From assembly GCA_041497675.1 (NCBI GenBank), contig JBGQGY010000007.1, positions 1 to 60,528 of the forward strand: a DNA stretch of 60,528 bases, written 5' to 3'. The notes beneath the pieces are model-generated. The model worked only from the letters and a program-made list of their open reading frames with translations, ran no database searches and was not told the DNA's origin. A program made the position numbers and the translations under genes. The stretch is from a bacterium (GTDB taxonomy: Bacteria; Sysuimicrobiota; Sysuimicrobiia; Sysuimicrobiales; Humicultoraceae). Below, piece by piece: positions 57,263 through 60,528 of this stretch. The stretch's first letter is position 1. Every line of letters begins with the position of its first letter.

Positions 57263-57710
57263 CCTCTACCGTGAGGTGATCCTCGACCACTACATGCACC
57301 CGCGCAACCGCGGCCGGCTCGATCCGAGTGATATCGCGGTCGAGGGCGCCAACCCGCTGTGCGGCGACGAGCTGGCATTGTACGTGCGCCTGCGCGACGG
57401 TCGGGTCGCCGACGTGCGGTTTGAAGGTCGCGGCTGTTCGATCAGTCAGGCCTCGGCGTCGATGATGACGGAGGCCATCAAGGGCAAGACGATCGAGGAC
57501 GTCCGCCGCCTGGTGACGGAGTTCAAAGGCATGATGCGCGGCCAGGAGCCCGCCGAGGATCTGGGCGACCTGGTTGCGCTGCAGGGAGTGCGCAAGTTCC
57601 CCGTGCGGATCAAATGCGCCACGCTGTCCTGGGTCGCCGTTGAGCAAGGGCTCGCCGAGCACGAGGCCGGCGGGACCGCGGGAAAGGCCACCACCGAAGC
57701 CGAACGCTAG
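57249..57710 (+). CDS. sufU: SUF system NifU-family scaffold / sulfurtransferase
   Basis: LYREVILDHY..PRN, NPLCGD, GCSISQASAS, RIKCA.L.W. Confidence 0.93.
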   Translation: MALDDLYREVILDHYMHPRNRGRLDPSDIAVEGANPLCGDELALYVRLRDGRVADVRFEGRGCSISQASASMMTEAIKGKTIEDVRRLVTEFKGMMRGQEPAEDLGDLVALQGVRKFPVRIKCATLSWVAVEQGLAEHEAGGTAGKATTEAER

Positions 57711-57784
57711 CCCCGCGGTCCGCCGCGGCAGGCGAGGGCGGACCCACCGCCGAACTCTTGTAGAAACGCCAGGGGAGGACGCCT

Positions 57785-59749
57785 ACGCGCCGCTCGCCGA
57801 TCCGCCACATCGCCGCTGCGCTGCTGACGCTGATCGGGGCTTCGGTCGTCACCTTTGGCCTGATCCACTTGTCCCCGATGGATCCGGCGCGCTACTTCGT
57901 GCAGTTCCGCCAGGGATCGCGTCTTGAGCAAGTGCAGGCGCTGCGCGACTGGTACGGACTCGACGATCCGATCCCGGTACAGTACGTGCGTTGGGCGGGC
58001 CGCGCGGTGCGGGGTGATTTTGGCCGGTCGATTAGCAGCGGCCGCGACATCGCCCCCGAAGTCATGCGGCGCATTCCCTGGACGCTCTTGCTGGTTGGTC
58101 TATCGCTGCTCCTGGCGTGGGCCATGGCCGTGCCGCTGGCACTGGCGTCGATCCGCGGTGGGGTTGCCGGCGTGCTCGCGGGCACGATGACAACGGCCGC
58201 GGGGCTCATTCCGGGCTTCCTGGTTGCCAGCCTGCTGGTCTACATCTTTGCTGTCAGGCTCACCTGGATCCCAATCCTGCCGCCCTTCGAATTGAACCTC
58301 CTTGATGCGTACCTGTGGCGGTCCATGGTGCTGCCCGGTATCAGCCTGGCGCTCCCCATTGCGGCGTTCATTGTCCGCGATCTGAAACCCGCGCTGCAGG
58401 AACACCTGGGCGCGCGCCACGTCACGGTTGCGCGGGCGAAGGGACTCGCCGAACGCCGCGTGGTCTGGCGTTACGCGGTGCGCGCGGCGGTCCGCCCGTT
58501 GATCGCCAGGCCGCTGCCGGTCCTGAGCGTGCTGTTCGGCGGCGCGATCATCGTGGAGGATCTCTTCGGGTGGCCCGGCATCGCGCGCGTCTTCATGCGC
58601 GCCATCCTGCAGCGTGACATTACCGTGATCCAGGCCTCGCTGATGTTGCTGGCCGCGCTGGTCATCGCCGCCGAACTGCTCATGCGGTTGACGCTCGACC
58701 GCCGCGACCTGCTGGCACCTGCGGGAAGAGTCGACCCGACCCCACGCCCGGTTCCCGCCCCCGATCTGGTGACGAGGGTCGCCGCCGGGGTCGGTCTCGC
58801 CGTGATCGTTGCGGCGATCGCCGCGCCGCTGCTCGCGCGCTTTCCACCCGATCAGGTATTGCTCGAAGAGATCCAGGTGGGGCCATCGCTGCGCCACTGG
58901 ATGGGCACCGACGCGTCGGGCCGCGACCTGTTCAGCCGGCTGCTGTTTGCCGGCCGGGTGACGCTTGCGCTCACCGTGATCCCGGCGCTCCTGGCCGCGC
59001 TGGTCGCCGCGGTGCTTGGGGGGCTCGCCACCTGGCGGACACAGGCCTGGGCGGACCTGACGCGCGGGACCTCGCGCACGCTGCTGTCCACGCCCGCGTT
59101 TGCGCTCGCGCTCTCCCTCATCAGCGTGGCCGGTCGCGCGCCGGCCTTCATCGGTCTGATTTTCGTCGTGTTTGGACTCGCAGAGATCGGCGCCAGGGCG
59201 CACGGGCTGGTGGCGGGCACAAAGAACTGGTCGTTTGTCGACGCGGGGCTGGCGGTCGGCGCGACGCCGGGATGGATCGGCGAGCGTCATCTGCTGCCGC
59301 ACCTTGCGCGCCCGCTGGCCGGGCTCGCGTTTGGCCTGGTGCCCGGACTGCTCGTCCTCGAGGCGACGATGGGGTTCTTTGGGTTCAGCGTCACCCCCAC
59401 GATCCCAACCTGGGGGACGCTTCTGTGGCGCGGACGCGAGGCACTTCACCGCGGCGATTGGTGGCTGATCGTGTTTCCCGCGGCCTTCGTGATTGCGACC
59501 GCCTGGGGATTCCTGCGCGTCTCGGACGCCCTGGCCGCTCCGGCGCCGCCGAGTTATGTGGTGGCGCCAAAGCTCGTACTTGGGCGTGAGTGGGGTCCGC
59601 AGGTGGCGCGCGATCCCGCGCGGCGCGAAGCCGTGCGCCGAGAAGCGGTACGCGGCACCGGCCGGCCGTCGATGCCGATGCCGTCACGACCCACGCCTGC
59701 AACCGCGGCGGGGGGGCAACCCGACGGCGGCGCTAACGGCGAGGCATGA
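57785..59749 (+). CDS. Fused DppB-DppC-type ABC permease, probably starting at a non-canonical ACG
   Basis: DppB motifs (GLDDP, ARAKGL, VE.LF.WPG) followed by DppC motifs (HWMGTD..GRDLFSR, FVDA..A.GA, PTWG). The first TM helix lies upstream of the ORF-track start at 57869. SD GGGGAGG is 6 nt before ACG 57785. Confidence 0.75.
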   Translation, partial: TRRSPIRHIAAALLTLIGASVVTFGLIHLSPMDPARYFVQFRQGSRLEQVQALRDWYGLDDPIPVQYVRWAGRAVRGDFGRSISSGRDIAPEVMRRIPWTLLLVGLSLLLAWAMAVPLALASIRGGVAGVLAGTMTTAAGLIPGFLVASLLVYIFAVRLTWIPILPPFELNLLDAYLWRSMVLPGISLALPIAAFIVRDLKPALQEHLGARHVTVARAKGLAERRVVWRYAVRAAVRPLIARPLPVLSVLFGGAIIVEDLFGWPGIARVFMRAILQRDITVIQASLMLLAALVIAAELLMRLTLDRRDLLAPAGRVDPTPRPVPAPDLVTRVAAGVGLAVIVAAIAAPLLARFPPDQVLLEEIQVGPSLRHWMGTDASGRDLFSRLLFAGRVTLALTVIPALLAALVAAVLGGLATWRTQAWADLTRGTSRTLLSTPAFALALSLISVAGRAPAFIGLIFVVFGLAEIGARAHGLVAGTKNWSFVDAGLAVGATPGWIGERHLLPHLARPLAGLAFGLVPGLLVLEATMGFFGFSVTPTIPTWGTLLWRGREALHRGDWWLIVFPAAFVIATAWGFLRVSDALAAPAPPSYVVAPKLVLGREWGPQVARDPARREAVRREAVRGTGRPSMPMPSRPTPATAAGGQPDGGANGEA

Positions 59750-59802
59750 CCTCCCCTCCGCTCACGACCTACCCAGCCCGTGCCGTGATGTAGACGACGG
59801 CG

Positions 59803-60528
59803 CTAGGTGAGCAGGTCGCGCACGGCCTTTGCAATCGCCTCTGCGTCGATCCCCACTGCGTGGAGCAACTGCTGCGGCGTGCCGGATCCAGGCATCTCCC
59901 GCACGGCCAGATGCCTGAACCTCAGGGACGGGGACGGCTGCCCTCCGGCCGTCAATGCATCCAGCACTGCGGCGCCCAGACCTCCTTCAGGCCAGTGGTC
60001 CTCCGCGACGACCAGACGGCCCGCGGTGGCGCGCACGGCCTCACCCAGGGTGGCGCCGTCAATCGGCTTGACGGAGTAGGCGTCGATCACGCATATGGTA
60101 ATCCCTTCACCCTGGAGCATGTCGCATGCCCTGAGCGCTTCATGCAGGGTGATGCCAGCGGCCACCACGGTGACTCGATCGGCTGCTGAACGCCGCACGA
60201 CCTTACTGCCCCCGATGGGAAACGTCTCGCCGGCCCCGTAGATGACCTGGGTGCCGACGCGCGTTGTCCGCATGAAGCTGATCCCCGACTGGTCCGCCAT
60301 GGTCGCGACGAGCCGGGCCGTCTGGTTCGCGTCACACGGATACAACACCGTGCTCCCGTGCACCGCCCGCATCATCGCCAGGTCCTCCAGCGCCATCTGC
60401 GAGGGGCCATCCTCGCCAATCGACACCCCCGCGTGCGACCCGCACAGTCGGATGTTGGCCTGTGATATGGCGGCCATGCGGATAAAGTCGTAGGCGCGGG
60501 TCAGAAACGCCGCGAAGGTCGAGGCGAA
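59803..60528 (-). CDS. tkt: Transketolase, C-terminal part (gene runs off the window end)
   Basis: STFAAFLTRAYDFIRM (read on the minus strand from the window end), SHAGVSIGEDGPSQM, D.YSVKPID, EDH..EGGLG. Confidence 0.88.
   Translation of the reverse strand, partial: FASTFAAFLTRAYDFIRMAAISQANIRLCGSHAGVSIGEDGPSQMALEDLAMMRAVHGSTVLYPCDANQTARLVATMADQSGISFMRTTRVGTQVIYGAGETFPIGGSKVVRRSAADRVTVVAAGITLHEALRACDMLQGEGITICVIDAYSVKPIDGATLGEAVRATAGRLVVAEDHWPEGGLGAAVLDALTAGGQPSPSLRFRHLAVREMPGSGTPQQLLHAVGIDAEAIAKAVRDLLT

Overview
A high-GC (by eye about two-thirds G+C), gene-dense bacterial chromosomal window of mostly housekeeping and catabolic genes. I saw no rRNA, tRNA, CRISPR array, integrase or transposase. 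In order: a 5'-truncated HD-hydrolase/UDG-like fusion; a peptide/proline catabolic cluster (M20 peptidase, PxpA, M24 peptidase, ornithine cyclodeaminase family); two Opp/Dpp-type ABC modules without ATPases; a class A beta-lactamase-like hydrolase; a cNMP-binding protein; a cold-shock protein; a secreted M16 protease pair; fabH; paaK and a partial hpa cluster; hom and lysC; a SigB/F/G-type sigma factor; acs; an amidase; a CtaA-CtaB fusion; CopC-CopD; an A1-type cytochrome c oxidase operon; pdhABC; adenosine deaminase; a suf operon; a fused DppB-DppC permease; and a partial transketolase. The standout is an unannotated locus at about 25.5-28.85 kb that looks like an RRNPP-type peptide quorum-sensing system. 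It contains a 48-aa secreted pro-peptide (25850-25996, absent from the ORF track) with two identical copies of AGDGNIEVI that differ only at synonymous codon positions. This gene lies directly upstream of an XRE-HTH+TPR receptor, followed by a solo LuxR-like HTH and a second, convergent XRE-TPR protein; a repeat-rich divergent control region and a divergent 35-aa ORF lie upstream. Other notable items are a fused, catalytically degenerate MNT-HEPN protein, a probable ACG start codon, an internal beta-subunit start in lysC and two probable leaderless genes. All family assignments come from motif recognition by eye, not database searches. The organism's lineage cannot be established from this window.
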